Assembly: GCA_900617105.1 (NCBI GenBank)
Contig: UYFQ01000006.1
Span: forward strand, 868,001-932,000
Direction of reading: 5' to 3'
From: Hydrurus foetidus
Lineage: Eukaryota
DNA length: 64,000 nt
In this document: in pieces, positions 43,507 through 54,908 of the stretch
Layout of the letters: the number at the start of each line of letters is the position of its first letter
Numbering within the stretch: the stretch's first letter is position 1
Program-made: the position numbers and the translations under genes
Notes under the pieces: generated by a model
What the model was told of the DNA's origin: nothing
Database searches by the model: none
What the model saw: the letters and a program-made list of their open reading frames with translations, nothing else

Positions 43507-44979
43507 TCAAGGTGACTCTTTGTGTGTCCAATCGATCAGTGCGTCCAGCACCGGGCGGGCGTTGTTTGCCAGCGTGGGGTGATTGACGACGGCCACCAGC
43601 ACATAGCGCCGCCCGCTCGCCCCTAGCACGTACCCGGCAATGGCCACCACATCGCGCAGGCTGCCCGTCTTGAGGTGCGCGGCCCCTTGCGCGGTGCGGG
43701 TTTTAGAGCGCCGCAGCGTGCCATCCACCCCGGCAATCGGCAGCGAGGCCATCAGCTCGGGCATCACCGGCGAGAGGTAGGCCGATTGTAGCAACTGCCC
43801 CAGCGCCTGCGCGGTGATGCGCTCGTTGCGTGAAAGGCCCGAGCCGTTTTCCAGCGTGGGGGCGGGTACACCGGGCAGGCGATCCGCCCACCATTGGCGC
43901 ACCACTTCGCGGGAAGCCTCGAAGGTGGCGGGGGATGATGTGGCGGCGCTGGAGGAGGGTGGCGGCAAACTCAAGCTCAAAAACACCTGCTGCGCCATCA
44001 CGTTGTTGCTGTACTTGTTGATGTCGCGCACCACGTCTGCCAGCGGCGGCGAGGCTTGTTCGAACGCCGGACGCAGCCCCGCAGGCAATTTGCCATCGCG
44101 CACCCGGCCAGTGAGCTTGCCACCCAGGTCACGCCACTGACCCGCCACCGCATGGGCGGCAAAGCTGGCCGGGTCAGCGTAGGCCACAGGCCAGACTTTC
44201 TCGCCACAACCCGACGGGTAAGCCCCTGCAAACCGCACACGGCTGGCATCGCTGAAATCGGCCTTGAGCGCCGCTTTGTAATCGCCACAGTCCCCCGCTT
44301 GCAGTGCCACACTGGTGGGCAGTTGCACGCCGTCCAGCGGCGGGTCAATGTGGATGCGGGCCAAGCCCGCCGCCCGGTCAGGGCTGAAGGTCATGACGAT
44401 GGCTTTGAAATTCAGCAGCAGCGCATCGGGGGCGGCGTTGTAGGGGCGCAACGGGTCGTCGTCAAAGCTGGCCGGGTCGTGCGGGGGCAAATCAAACGCG
44501 CTGTGGTCAAGGATGATGTCGCCCGCGATGGTCTTGATGCCCAAGCCCTGCACGCGGCGCAGCAGCAGCCACAGGCGCTCCATCACCAGCTTGGGGTCGC
44601 CCACGCCCTTGATGATGAGGTTGCCTTGCAGCGTGCCGTCCCGCACTGGGCCATCGAGGTAGACCGGGGTGTTCCAGGTGTAGGCGGGGCCGAGCACATC
44701 CAACGCCGCGTAAGTCGTCACCAGCTTCATCACCGAGGCCGGGTTCACGGGGATGGTCGCCCGGTAGCTCAGGCGCGGCGCGGTACGCCCTGGGGTGGTG
44801 TCCAGCACGAGGATGCTGATGGCGTCTTTGGGCAGCTTGGCACGGGTAAGGGCCGCGTCGATCTCGGGGGGAAGGACGGTTTGGGTTTGGGCACTGACTT
44901 GCGTGTGCAAAGCAGCACACAAAACCACGGTGGCTGTGGCAGCCACGGCGAAGCCGCTAAGGTTCAGGCGAGAAATCAT
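43507..44979 (-). CDS. dacB: D-alanyl-D-alanine carboxypeptidase/endopeptidase PBP4
   Basis: PASVMK (SxxK), SNN, KTG, NGSGLSR motifs. Confidence 0.93.
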   Translation of the reverse strand: MISRLNLSGFAVAATATVVLCAALHTQVSAQTQTVLPPEIDAALTRAKLPKDAISILVLDTTPGRTAPRLSYRATIPVNPASVMKLVTTYAALDVLGPAYTWNTPVYLDGPVRDGTLQGNLIIKGVGDPKLVMERLWLLLRRVQGLGIKTIAGDIILDHSAFDLPPHDPASFDDDPLRPYNAAPDALLLNFKAIVMTFSPDRAAGLARIHIDPPLDGVQLPTSVALQAGDCGDYKAALKADFSDASRVRFAGAYPSGCGEKVWPVAYADPASFAAHAVAGQWRDLGGKLTGRVRDGKLPAGLRPAFEQASPPLADVVRDINKYSNNVMAQQVFLSLSLPPPSSSAATSSPATFEASREVVRQWWADRLPGVPAPTLENGSGLSRNERITAQALGQLLQSAYLSPVMPELMASLPIAGVDGTLRRSKTRTAQGAAHLKTGSLRDVVAIAGYVLGASGRRYVLVAVVNHPTLANNARPVLDALIDWTHKESP

Positions 44980-44998
44980 GCCTCAAGTCTATGCGCGG

Positions 44999-46036
44999 TC
45001 AATCCACCTTCGCGCCTGAGGCTTTGACGACTTGGGCCCATTTCTTGTGCTCATCCACGATGAAGCTCGCAAACTCTTGCGGCGTGTTGCCGCTGGGCAG
45101 CGCCCCCTGGGCCAACAGTTTTTCTTTGATGGCGGGGGTGTTGAGCGATTTGGCTACTTCTTGCTGAATGCGGCTCACGGTGTCGGCGGGTGTGCCTGAC
45201 GGGGCCAGCAGGCCAAACCATGAGCTGGCATCGTAGCCTTTGAGGGCGGGGCCACCGGCTTGCGCGATGGTGGGCACGTCGGGCATGGCCGCTGAGCGCT
45301 GGGCGCTGGTCACGGCCAGGGCTTTGAGTTTGCCGCCTTTGATTTGAGGCATCGAGGACGGCAAGTTGTCGAACATCACATCCACATTTCCACCCACCAT
45401 GTCGAGCAGCGCCGGGCCGGAGCCTCGGTAGGGGATGTGCGTCATGAAGGTGCCGGTCATGGTTTTGAACAGCTCACCGGCGAGGTGGATCGACGTGCCG
45501 TTGCCGCTGGACGCCATGCTGAGCTTGCCGGGGTTGGCGCGAGCGTACTGGATGAAATCCGCCACGGTGTTGATGCCTCGCGCCCGCGCCGCCTCGGTGT
45601 TCACCACCATCACATTGGGCACAGCGGCCACGAGGGTGATGGGCGCGAAGTCTTTGAGCGAGTCAAACGGCATCTTGTCGTACAGCGCCCGGTTGATACC
45701 GTGCGTGCCCACGGTGCCCATCAGCAGCGTGTAGCCGTCTGCGGGCGATTTGGCCACCACGTCAGCGCCCAGATTGCCGCCCGCACCGGGCCGGTTTTCG
45801 ACGATGAACTGCTGGTTAAACGCTTTAGACAACTCCGGTGCCATCGCGCGGGCCAAGATGTCGGTGGTGCCGCCTGCGGCGAAGGGCACGACGATCTTGA
45901 CTGGCTTGGTAGGCCAGGAGGCTTCCGCCAGCACAGGACTTGCTATGAAAAATGTAGCTGTTAAAGCAGATGCAGTAAGCAGGGTGCGCCAGTTTAATGG
46001 TGTTTTTTCAGGTGTGGAATGAACAGACAAGGGCAT
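44999..46036 (-). CDS. Tripartite tricarboxylate transporter substrate-binding protein (Bug/TctC)
   Basis: [29 protein letters not shown]. Confidence 0.93.
   Translation of the reverse strand: MPLSVHSTPEKTPLNWRTLLTASALTATFFIASPVLAEASWPTKPVKIVVPFAAGGTTDILARAMAPELSKAFNQQFIVENRPGAGGNLGADVVAKSPADGYTLLMGTVGTHGINRALYDKMPFDSLKDFAPITLVAAVPNVMVVNTEAARARGINTVADFIQYARANPGKLSMASSGNGTSIHLAGELFKTMTGTFMTHIPYRGSGPALLDMVGGNVDVMFDNLPSSMPQIKGGKLKALAVTSAQRSAAMPDVPTIAQAGGPALKGYDASSWFGLLAPSGTPADTVSRIQQEVAKSLNTPAIKEKLLAQGALPSGNTPQEFASFIVDEHKKWAQVVKASGAKVD
45942..46000 (+). repeat. Dispersed motif copy (Bug signal-peptide region)
   Basis: GCTATGAAAAATGTAGC-TGTTAAA-GC-AGATGCA-GTAAGC-AGGGTGCGCCAG-TTT. Confidence 0.87.
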
Positions 46037-46134
46037 GGTGGGTCTCCGTTGGATTCGTTTGAATGCGCGGCTGTCATTGTGAGGGCAAGCGCATCGCCCT
46101 CAAACTGCGTGGTTGAAGTGGTGAAAGTAGCGCA

Positions 46135-46188
46135 GATAATTGCGCCGTGATAATTTAAAATAATTCAGGATAATTGAAAATAATCAAC
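46135..46188 (+). promoter_or_regulatory. Phased ATAAT direct-repeat array upstream of the ATPase
   Basis: ATAAT at 46136, 46150, 46160, 46170, 46180. Confidence 0.55.
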
Positions 46189-46205
46189 TGTAAAAGGTGG
46201 CTACG

Positions 46206-47399
46206 ATGGCAACAGCAGGCAGTCTGAACCCCGAGTTTTTCCACCGCACAGCGCTCGCGCAAGCCTATGCGGACGAAGCGCTGGACACCAGCCTGGGGCG
46301 CAGCGGTGGTTTGTTTTTGGCGGCACCCAGGCGCACGGGCAAATCCACGTTTGTGCGGCAAGATTTGGTGCCCGCCTTGGTGGCGCTGGGGGCAGAAGTC
46401 ATTTACGTTGACCTGTGGGCCGACAAAACCAAAGACCCGGCCCTGCTGTTGGCCAACGCAGTGCGTGCTGAGCTCCAAAAAGAAGACGGGGCTATCACCC
46501 AATTGGCACGCAAAGCTGGGCTTTCCAAATTTACCGTTGGTGCCTTGGGCAATGGGCTGAACTTTGACCTGTCGCAAGTCGGTTTAGGGGCGCAGGCCAC
46601 GTTGACGGATGCGCTCAGTGCGCTCTCTAAGGCCCATGACAAGGTGATCGTGCTGGTCATCGACGAAGCGCAGCACGCCCTCACCACCACCGAGGGCATC
46701 AACGCCCTGTTTGCCCTGAAAGCCGCACGCGATGCGCTGAACCTTGCTGGTAAGGGCTTGCAAGTGATGGCCACAGGCTCGAACCGCGACAAACTGGCGC
46801 TGCTGGTGAATGGCCGTGAACAGCCTTTTTTCGGGGCCACGATGGTGGACTTCCCCAAGCTGGGGCCCGACTACATCCAGTGGGTCTGCGACAAAGCCCG
46901 GCTCAGCCTCGATCCGGCCAAGACGTTTGAGGTGTTCGCAGAAACCGGCTCGCGCCCTGAAATGGTGTTGCCCGCCTTGCGCAAACTCCGCCTCAGCCCC
47001 CCGCTGGATGGCGTGTCATTAGATGATGCCTTCGCACACGCCGTGCGCACGGGCCTTGCCGCTGCCAAAGCCGATTTTTTGAACACCTTTGCCAACCTGC
47101 CGCCCTTGCAAGCGGCGCTGTTGCGCGAGTTGGCTCAAACTTCTGCGCTTCCGCTCAAAGACGAGCGTGTGGGGGTTTTTTCGTTGGCGATGATGGAGCG
47201 GCTCAAAACCCGAATCACCGATGAAGGCTTGGGAGACACCAACGTGCAGGTCGATACGTCGTCTGTCCAAAATGCCTTAGACAGCCTGCGCGAGAAAAGC
47301 TTTCTTTGGAAATCCCAGCGCGGTGCGTACTGGATCGAGGACGAGCAGCTGGTGACGTGGCTCACCCCAGCGCTCGCCCACGGTTTGGTGGGAAATTAA
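46206..47399 (+). CDS. Orphan P-loop ATPase (AAA/ATPase_2-like) with probable C-terminal winged helix
   Basis: Walker A APRRTGKST, Walker B VLVIDEAQ, TGS sensor; C-terminal SSVQNALDSL.EK..LW...RGAY. Confidence 0.8.
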   Translation: MATAGSLNPEFFHRTALAQAYADEALDTSLGRSGGLFLAAPRRTGKSTFVRQDLVPALVALGAEVIYVDLWADKTKDPALLLANAVRAELQKEDGAITQLARKAGLSKFTVGALGNGLNFDLSQVGLGAQATLTDALSALSKAHDKVIVLVIDEAQHALTTTEGINALFALKAARDALNLAGKGLQVMATGSNRDKLALLVNGREQPFFGATMVDFPKLGPDYIQWVCDKARLSLDPAKTFEVFAETGSRPEMVLPALRKLRLSPPLDGVSLDDAFAHAVRTGLAAAKADFLNTFANLPPLQAALLRELAQTSALPLKDERVGVFSLAMMERLKTRITDEGLGDTNVQVDTSSVQNALDSLREKSFLWKSQRGAYWIEDEQLVTWLTPALAHGLVGN

Positions 47400-47405
47400 G
47401 CCGCA

Positions 47406-48398
47406 TTAATCCGCGTAAACGCCAGCCGCCTTGATGATGGGGCTCCACTTGGCGATTTCTGAGGCGACGTATTTCTTGTGCTCAGCAGGTTCGACGCGCT
47501 TGTCGGTGATGATGATCGCGCCCAAGCCTTCTTCTTTCTTGATGAACTCGGGGTCTTTCAAGGCCACTTTGAGGGCATCATTGATCTTTTTGACGATCTC
47601 GGGCGGAGTGCCTTTGGGAGCGTACAGGCCGTGCCAGATGGTGATCTCAAAGCCCTTCAAGCCAGACTCTTGCAGCGTGGGCAGGTCTTTCAGCGCGGGG
47701 ATGGTGAGGTGCTTGGTGGTGGTGACGGCGTAGGCGTTGATCTTTTTGGCTTCGATCTGGCCCGTGGTGTTGGTGGTTTGGTCGCACATCAGGTCGATCT
47801 GGCCGCCCAACAGGTCGTTCATCGCGGCCGACGTGCCTTTGTAGGGGATGGTGGTCATGTCGGTTTGCAGCGCTGTTTGCAGCAGCAAGCCGCACAGGTG
47901 CGAGGCGGAGCCGATGCCGGCGTTACCGAGGTTGATCTTGCCTTTGTTGGCCGCGATCCATGTCACCAGCTCTTTGTAGTTTTTGGCGGGCAGCGTGGGC
48001 TTGCTGACCAGCGTCATCGGCACTTCATTGATCATGCCGAGGTATTCAAAATCGGTCTCAACCTTGAACGGTACGCTGCGCACCAGCGTGGGGATGGTGG
48101 CCATGCCGATATGGTTTAACAGCAGGGTGTGACCATCAGGGTTGGCTTTTGCAACCTTGTTGGCACCGATGGAGCTGCCCGCACCGGGAGCATTTTCGAT
48201 CACCACCGCAGACGCACCCAGCGGCTTGCGCAGCGATTCGGCCAAATCACGGGCCACGCGGTCGGTCGGGCCACCGGCGGTGAAGGGCACCACGATGGTG
48301 ATGGGTTTGTCTTTGACGGGGAAGTCGGAAGCTTGTGCCGATGACAGCACAGAGAAGGTGGCGGCAACCGCCAAAGTCAGGGTCAATAGTTTGTTCAT
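47406..48398 (-). CDS. Tripartite tricarboxylate transporter substrate-binding protein (Bug/TctC)
   Basis: VPFTAGGPTD, ENAPGAG, IPYKG motifs. Confidence 0.93.
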   Translation of the reverse strand: MNKLLTLTLAVAATFSVLSSAQASDFPVKDKPITIVVPFTAGGPTDRVARDLAESLRKPLGASAVVIENAPGAGSSIGANKVAKANPDGHTLLLNHIGMATIPTLVRSVPFKVETDFEYLGMINEVPMTLVSKPTLPAKNYKELVTWIAANKGKINLGNAGIGSASHLCGLLLQTALQTDMTTIPYKGTSAAMNDLLGGQIDLMCDQTTNTTGQIEAKKINAYAVTTTKHLTIPALKDLPTLQESGLKGFEITIWHGLYAPKGTPPEIVKKINDALKVALKDPEFIKKEEGLGAIIITDKRVEPAEHKKYVASEIAKWSPIIKAAGVYAD

Positions 48399-48546
48399 GA
48401 GCGCTCCAAGGTTCAAATTGCAAATACATCCAAAAGCCAAAAAGGCCCGAGTGGCGACTGTAGCGGCAAGCCGCTTCATCTGTAACGCGGTAACTACTTA
48501 CAGGCTGACCGGATGCTGACTTCACGGCGCATTCAACCACTGGCAT

Positions 48547-49803
48547 TCAAGCGTAGCTGCGGGCATCCTCAATCACTTTGCCATCGTTGGGCAGGCTGCC
48601 GGTGGGCACGATCAGCACGTCGCCACGCAGTTTGGTGATATCGCGCACGGCTTGTCCTAGTGACTCGGCCAGCGTGCCCATGTCGGCCAGCGCCTCGGGG
48701 CTGACTTCTACTTTCAGCGTCATCTGGTCGTTCGCCATTTCGCCGCTGACCACCAAGCGCGAGCGCAGCACCTGGGGGAAGCGCCGGGCAATGTCAGCCA
48801 CTTGGCTGGGGTGGACGAACATGCCACGGATTTTGGTGGTTTGGTCGGCGCGGCCTAGCCAGCCTCGGATGCGGGTGTTGGTGCGGCCCGTGGGGCAAGG
48901 GCCGGGCAGCACGGCAGACAGATCGCCGGTGCCAAAGCGGATCAGCGGGTAGCCTTGGTTGAAGGTGGTGATGACGACTTCGCCCACTTCGCCATCGGGC
49001 AAGGCCTCACCCGTGCCGGGGCGGACGATTTCCAACAATCACGCCTTCGTCAAGCACCAGGCCTTCGCGGGCTTCAGTCTCATACGCGATCAGCCCCAAA
49101 TCAGCGGTGGCGTAGCACTGGTAAATGCACGCCGCGCGCAAGTACCAGTCGCGCAAGGCTGGGCGGAAAAGCTTCGCCGCCAACCAGCGCTTTGGTCATG
49201 CTGGGATGTCACGCCCATTGCTTCCGCTTTTTCGACCATGATTCCGCAGAAAGCTGGGCGTGCCGATGTAACCATCGGGCGAAGCTCGGCAATGGCTTCC
49301 ACCTGCTGCTCGGTCTGGCCCGTGCCGCCTGGGAACACGGTGCAGCCTAGCGCGTGGGCACCGCTTTCCATCATCGCGCCAGCGGGCACAAAGTGGTAGC
49401 TGAAGCAGTTGTGGATCAGCTCACCGGGGCGAAAGCCTGCGGCAAACATGGAACGCGCCATGCGCCAATGGTCTGGCCCCACGCCATCGGGCTCGTACAA
49501 GGTGCCGGGGCTGGCGAAGACGCGGGGCATTTTTGCTCCGAATTTGGTAGCACTGAAACCACCAAACACATCCTCTGAGCGGTGCTTCTGCTGTAATTCG
49601 AGCAGCTCGTGTTTGCGCGTGACGGGCAATTGGGCCAGCGCGGCGCGGCTGGTGATGCTGGGCGCTGCCACCCCTTGCAGGATGCGGGCAAAAGCCGGTG
49701 CATGGGCCTGCGCATGGGCGATTTGGCCGGGCAAGGCGGCGAGCAACGCGGCCTCACGCAGGGCAGGGTCACGGGATTCCAGGGCGTCAAAAAAATCGCT
49801 CAT
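48547..49803 (-). pseudogene. Phenylacetate-CoA ligase-like (PaaK family) gene, frameshifted as given
   Basis: ORFs 49090-49803 and 48547-49038 are halves of one protein (HNCFSYH..., YPLIRFGTGD); 49040-49280 garbled, probably sequencing error. Confidence 0.7.
49535..49560 (+). repeat. Dispersed motif copy (PaaK-like gene)
   Basis: Core GCTCCGAATTTGGTAGC; tail weak. Confidence 0.6.
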
Positions 49804-49836
49804 AGGGTCTTTCTTGCGGTTCTTGAGAGAGCTTTT

Positions 49837-50652
49837 TTAAGCCAACCAGCGTTTGCGGCGCTTATAGCTTTTCACGTCTTTGAAGCTTTTGCGCTCAGCG
49901 CCGCCTACGCCTAAGTAAAACTCTTTCACGTCTTCGTTGTTGGCCAAATCACTGGCCACGCCGTCCATCACCACGCGGCCACTTTCCATGATGTAGCCGT
50001 AGTCAGCGTATTTCAACGCCATGTTGGTGTTTTGCTCGGCGAGCAAGAAGGTGACTTTTTCTTTGACGTTGAGGTCTTTGACGATCTCAAACACTTCTTC
50101 GACGATTTGTGGTGCCAAGCCCATCGAAGGCTCATCGAGCAGCACCATCGACGGGTTCGCCATCAGGGCGCGGCCAATGGCGCACATTTGCTGCTCACCG
50201 CCCGAGGTGTACGCGGCCTGCGAAGTACGGCGGGTCTTCAGGCGAGGGAAGTAGGTGTAGACCTTGTCCAGGTTACGCGCCATTTCGGCAGGGTCTTTGC
50301 GGGTGTAGCCGCCGGTCAACAGGTTTTCTTCGATGGTGAGGTGGGCAAAGCAATGGCGGCCTTCCATCACTTGCACCACGCCACGCTGCACGAGGTCAGA
50401 TGGCGAGAGGTTTTCGATGCGCTCACCACGCAGCGAGATGCTGCCTTTGGTGACCGCACCGCGCTCGCCTTTGAGCAGGTTAGAAACCGCCCGCAGTGTG
50501 GTGGTTTTACCCGCCCCGTTGCCCCCCAAAATAGCGACGATGCCGCCCTCAGGCACTTGCAGCGAAACGCCTTTGAGCACCAAGATCACATGGTTGTAGA
50601 TGACCTCAATGCCATTGACGTTAAGGACGATGTTGGGGGCGGATGTGCTCAT
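49837..50652 (-). CDS. ABC transporter ATP-binding protein (LivF-like)
   Basis: GGNGAGKTT, SGGEQQM, LLDEPSMGLAP. Confidence 0.93.
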   Translation of the reverse strand: MSTSAPNIVLNVNGIEVIYNHVILVLKGVSLQVPEGGIVAILGGNGAGKTTTLRAVSNLLKGERGAVTKGSISLRGERIENLSPSDLVQRGVVQVMEGRHCFAHLTIEENLLTGGYTRKDPAEMARNLDKVYTYFPRLKTRRTSQAAYTSGGEQQMCAIGRALMANPSMVLLDEPSMGLAPQIVEEVFEIVKDLNVKEKVTFLLAEQNTNMALKYADYGYIMESGRVVMDGVASDLANNEDVKEFYLGVGGAERKSFKDVKSYKRRKRWLA

Positions 50653-50686
50653 GGCGTGGTGGGGCTGGTAGCTGGTGTTAAGACGG

Positions 50687-52015
50687 TTAAGACTGGCAAT
50701 CCGCACCGGTGCGCGGTGTCAGCTTCTTGTCTGCGGCGTACTTGGCTGCGGTGGCTTTCACCAAGGGCTTGATGACCTGCTCATCGCCTTGCAACCAATC
50801 CGAGGTGAACTTCCAGGCCTTGCCGTCCCACGTGTGGATGCGTGCCCATGACGCGCCCATGTGGTCGGTACACGAGGTGCTGATGGGGCGCATCACACCG
50901 GCAAAGCCCAAGGTGTCGAGCTTGGCTTGCGTGAGGTTCAAATTCTCCAGACCCCAACGCACTTGGTCGCCGTCCATGACTTTGCCTTTGCCGTAGCGCT
51001 CTTGCGCTGCCCGCACGCCTTCCACGGCCAGCATGGCGCTCATGGCACCGCGCAGGTACAGCACCTGGCCAACTTCATCTTTCGGGCCGGTGCCCTGGCC
51101 TTTGTCATGCACCATGGCCATCACGTCTTTCACCAGTTTGGACTTCGGCTCTGCACCGTGCTGCAAGGTGACGGCGTTGTAGCCCTTGGCGCCGTCAGCC
51201 ACGTCTTTCACGTCGGGCTCAGCACCGGCCCACCATACGCCGTACATCTTTTCGCGCGGGTAGCCGGTGGCTTGCGCTTCTTTGATGGCGGTGGAGTTCA
51301 TCACGCCCCAGCCCCACAGCACGGTGTAATCGGGCTTGCTTTGGCGCACTTGCAACCAGGTGGCTTTTTGTTCAACGCCAGGGGCCGTCACAGGCAGCAT
51401 TTGCAACTCAAACCCGTGCATCTTGGCGCGCTCTTGCATCAGCGGGATAGGCTCTTTGCCAAACGGGCTGTCGTGGTAGACCAGCGCGATCTTTTTGCCT
51501 TTCAGTTTGTCCCAGCCGCCTTCTTTTTTGGCAATGGCTTGCAAGATCGTGTCAGCCGCCACCCAGTAGGTGCCAGCTATGGGGAAGTTCCATTTGAAGA
51601 CCGCGCCGTCGGCACTTTCACTGCGGCCATAGCCCACGGTGACCACGGAGATTTTGTCGGCAGGGGCTTTTTCGGTGATGGCGAAGGTGGCACCAGTGGA
51701 AAGCGGCTGTACCAGCGTGGTGCCCTTGCCCTTCAGGCGCTCGTAGCACTCTACGCTGCGGGCCGTGTCGTAGCCGGTTTCGCACTCTTCAAATAATATC
51801 TTCACGCCGTTGATGCCGCCGCGGGCGTTGACCAGCTTGAGGTAGTCCACATAGCCGTTGGCCCAGGGCACACCGTTAGGCGCGTAGGCGCCAGTGCGGT
51901 AAGACAGCACCGGTATGTACTGCTCTTTGGCTTGCGCATAGGCAGCGGTTGCCACCAGCGACGATGCGCCAGCAGCCATGGCGGCAATCGCCAGAATCAC
52001 ATTACGAACTTTCAT
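50687..52015 (-). CDS. ABC transporter substrate-binding protein (LivJ-like family)
   Basis: Signal peptide; YRTGAYAPNG, GGINGVK, ECETGY; inside liv-type operon. Confidence 0.9.
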   Translation of the reverse strand: MKVRNVILAIAAMAAGASSLVATAAYAQAKEQYIPVLSYRTGAYAPNGVPWANGYVDYLKLVNARGGINGVKILFEECETGYDTARSVECYERLKGKGTTLVQPLSTGATFAITEKAPADKISVVTVGYGRSESADGAVFKWNFPIAGTYWVAADTILQAIAKKEGGWDKLKGKKIALVYHDSPFGKEPIPLMQERAKMHGFELQMLPVTAPGVEQKATWLQVRQSKPDYTVLWGWGVMNSTAIKEAQATGYPREKMYGVWWAGAEPDVKDVADGAKGYNAVTLQHGAEPKSKLVKDVMAMVHDKGQGTGPKDEVGQVLYLRGAMSAMLAVEGVRAAQERYGKGKVMDGDQVRWGLENLNLTQAKLDTLGFAGVMRPISTSCTDHMGASWARIHTWDGKAWKFTSDWLQGDEQVIKPLVKATAAKYAADKKLTPRTGADCQS

Positions 52016-52082
52016 AGTTGTCTCCAAAAAGTTAAGAAAAACAGAACACCAGAAAAACCGACACAAAAACGATCTTAAAAAT

Positions 52083-53159
52083 CTAATGGGGAAAAGGCCA
52101 GAGCCTTAACTTTTGCTTGCCGACCGCCCACAGCTTGGCCAAGCCATGCGGTTCCACAATCAAAAACCACACAATCAGCGCACCAAAAATCATCAATTCA
52201 GCATGCGCGATTCCCGCTGTTGAAATTTGAAGTCCGACCCATCCAGCCAACACTGGCAACATGATGTTCAAGGCAATCGGCAGCATGGTGATAAACGCCG
52301 CACCCAAAAAGCCGCCCAAGATTGAACCCATGCCGCCAATGATCACCATGAACAACAATCGAAACGATTGGTCTACTGAAAACGCCGCTGGCTCCCAAGC
52401 ACCGAGGTATACAAAGCCCCACAGCGCACCAGACATACCGATGATGAACGAGCTGACTGCAAAGGCGCTGAGCTTGGCGTACATCGGGCGAATGCCAATC
52501 ACTGACGCAGCCACGTCCATGTCGCGGATGGCCATCCATTCGCGGCCAATTGCGCCGCGCACCAGGTTTTTAGCTAGCAAGGCAACCACCACCAAAATCG
52601 CCAGGCAAAAAATGTACTTGCTGGTGGCGCTTTCAATGGGCATGCCGAACACCTGCAGGTTAGACACCGACACAGAACCCGATGGCGAGTCGTTGGTAAA
52701 CCACTTGATGCGCAAGAACATCCAGTCTGAAAAGAACTGCGCTGCCAGCGTCGTTACGGCTAAGTAAAGGCCTTTAACGCGCAAGCTGGGCAGGCCAAAC
52801 AAAATACCAAACAGCATGGCGCACACGCCGCCCAAAATGATGGTGGGAATCAGCGGCATACCTGGTGTGCGCACAAAAAAGTTGTAAGCGCCGTAGGCAC
52901 CGACGGCCATGAATGCGCCTGAACCCAGCGAAATTTGCCCGCAGTAACCGACCAGAATGTTGACACCCAGGGCTGCCAGCGAAATGATTAAAAACGGAAT
53001 CAAAATCGCGCGGAACAGATAGTCGCTGGCCAGCATGGGCACGATTGCAAAAGCAAAAATCAAAAACAAGGCGACTGCAATCCTGTCTTGCAGGATGGGA
53101 AAGATCTGACTGTCAGACCGGTAGGTGGTTTTGAATTGACCGTTTTCTCTGTAAATCAT
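52083..53159 (-). CDS. ABC transporter permease (LivM-like)
   Basis: GYCGQISLG, LRVKGLYLA, MVIIGGMGS. Confidence 0.92.
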   Translation of the reverse strand: MIYRENGQFKTTYRSDSQIFPILQDRIAVALFLIFAFAIVPMLASDYLFRAILIPFLIISLAALGVNILVGYCGQISLGSGAFMAVGAYGAYNFFVRTPGMPLIPTIILGGVCAMLFGILFGLPSLRVKGLYLAVTTLAAQFFSDWMFLRIKWFTNDSPSGSVSVSNLQVFGMPIESATSKYIFCLAILVVVALLAKNLVRGAIGREWMAIRDMDVAASVIGIRPMYAKLSAFAVSSFIIGMSGALWGFVYLGAWEPAAFSVDQSFRLLFMVIIGGMGSILGGFLGAAFITMLPIALNIMLPVLAGWVGLQISTAGIAHAELMIFGALIVWFLIVEPHGLAKLWAVGKQKLRLWPFPH

Positions 53160-53168
53160 TTTTCGCTC

Positions 53169-54099
53169 TCAAACACGGTCGATGATCTTCTCTCCAAACA
53201 AACCCTGGGGTCTGAAGAGTAAGAAGCCTAATGCCAGCACATATGCAAACCAAATCTCAATACCGCCGCCCACAAAAGGCCCGATAAACACTTCAGCCAG
53301 CTTTTCACCCACGCCCAAAATCAGTCCGCCCACAATCGCGCCAGGCACGGATGTCAGGCCGCCCAAAATCACCAGTGGCAAGGCTTTGAGCGCCAGCACA
53401 GACAATGAAAACTGCACACCCAGCTTGCTGCCCCAAATCACGCCCGCAACCAGCGCCACAAAGCCAGCAACTTGACCACACAATCACCCAGATGCGGTTG
53501 AGCGGGATGCCAATCGACTGCGCGGCCTGGTGGTCGTCAGCTACAGCTCGCAATGCGCGACCTGTTTTGGTGAACTGAAAAAACGCCGCCAGGCTGGCCA
53601 CCAGCGCTGTTGCAATCACTGCGGCAACCAGGTCTTCTTTGTTAACCAGCAAGCCGCCGGGGAAAACACCCTCCAGCAAAAACATCGGGTCCTTCGGCAT
53701 GCCCACGTCGATCTTGTAAATGCTGGAGCCAAAAATGCTTTGGCCTAGCCCGTCCAAAAAGTATGAGATACCCAGCGTGGCCATTAGCAGCGCCACACCT
53801 TCCTGATTGACGAGTTTGCCAAGAACGAATTTCTCAATCAGCCAAGCCACTGCCACCATGAAGACCAAAGCAATCGCAAAGGCCATCAAGTTGACAAGAA
53901 TTTTTGATTCCAGCCCCGTCCACTTGGGTATCCACTCTGAAAAACGTGCCATCGCCAACGCGGCAAACAGCACCATCGCACCCTGAGCAAAGTTGAAAAC
54001 ACCTGATGCCTTGTAGATCAACACAAAACCCAGCGCGACCAAGGAATACAGCATGCCGGACATCAGTCCGCTGATAATTGTTTCTAGTACGGGACCCAT
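53169..54099 (-). pseudogene. ABC transporter permease (LivH-like), +1 frameshift at about 53472
   Basis: ORFs 53305-54099 and 53169-53483 join as WVIVWS|VAGFVALV if one extra base is removed. Confidence 0.75.
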
Positions 54100-54107
54100 G
54101 ATTTTCC

Positions 54108-54908
54108 TTAATGACTGGTGCCGAGGTAGGCACTGATCACATCTTTGTTGTTACGTACTTCGTCGGGTGTGCCGTCGCCAATTTTTTTGCCGTAGTCCAG
54201 CACCACCACCCGGTCTGAGATGTCCATCACCACGCCCATGTCGTGCTCAATCAGCACCACCGTTGTGCCAAATTCATCGTTCACGTCCAGCACAAAGCGG
54301 CACATGTCCTGCTTTTCTTCGACGTTCATGCCGGCCATGGGTTCGTCCAGCAGCAGCACTTGCGGCTCCATGGCCAGAGCGCGGCCCAGGTCAACGCGTT
54401 TTTGCAGGCCGTAAGGCAACTGGCCCACGGGGGTTTTGCGGTAGGCTTGAATTTCTAAAAAGTCGATTATTTTTTCCACCGCTTCCCGGTGCATGATCTC
54501 TTCTTTTTCAGCCGGGCCAATGCCAAAAGGGTTGCGAAAGGCCTGCGCCAAGATACCGCTTTTAATCTTCAGGTTGCGCCCGACATGATGTTGTCCAGCA
54601 CGCTCATGCCTTTGAACAGCGCCAGGTTTTGAAAGGTACGCGCAACGCCCATCACCGCCACTTGGTGGCTGTTCATGTGTTTGAAGGTTTGACCACGAAA
54701 GGTGATTGAGCCCTGCTGCGGCTGGTACACGCCGTTGATGCAGTTCAGCATTGAGCTTTTACCTGCACCGTTCGGGCCAATGATGGCGCGTATCTCGTGC
54801 TCTTTGACATTGAATGAGATGTCTTGCAACGCCTTAACACCGCCGAATGCGAGGGAAATGTTTTGCACGTCAAGGACGTCGCCGTCACCAATCTGCCGTT
54901 TTACTCAT
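54108..54908 (-). pseudogene. ABC transporter ATP-binding protein (LivG-like), frameshifts at about 54900 and 54579
   Basis: GPNGAGKS in 54569-54868 and LDEPMAG in 54108-54551; rejoin as DNIMSG|RNLKIKSG. Confidence 0.75.
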
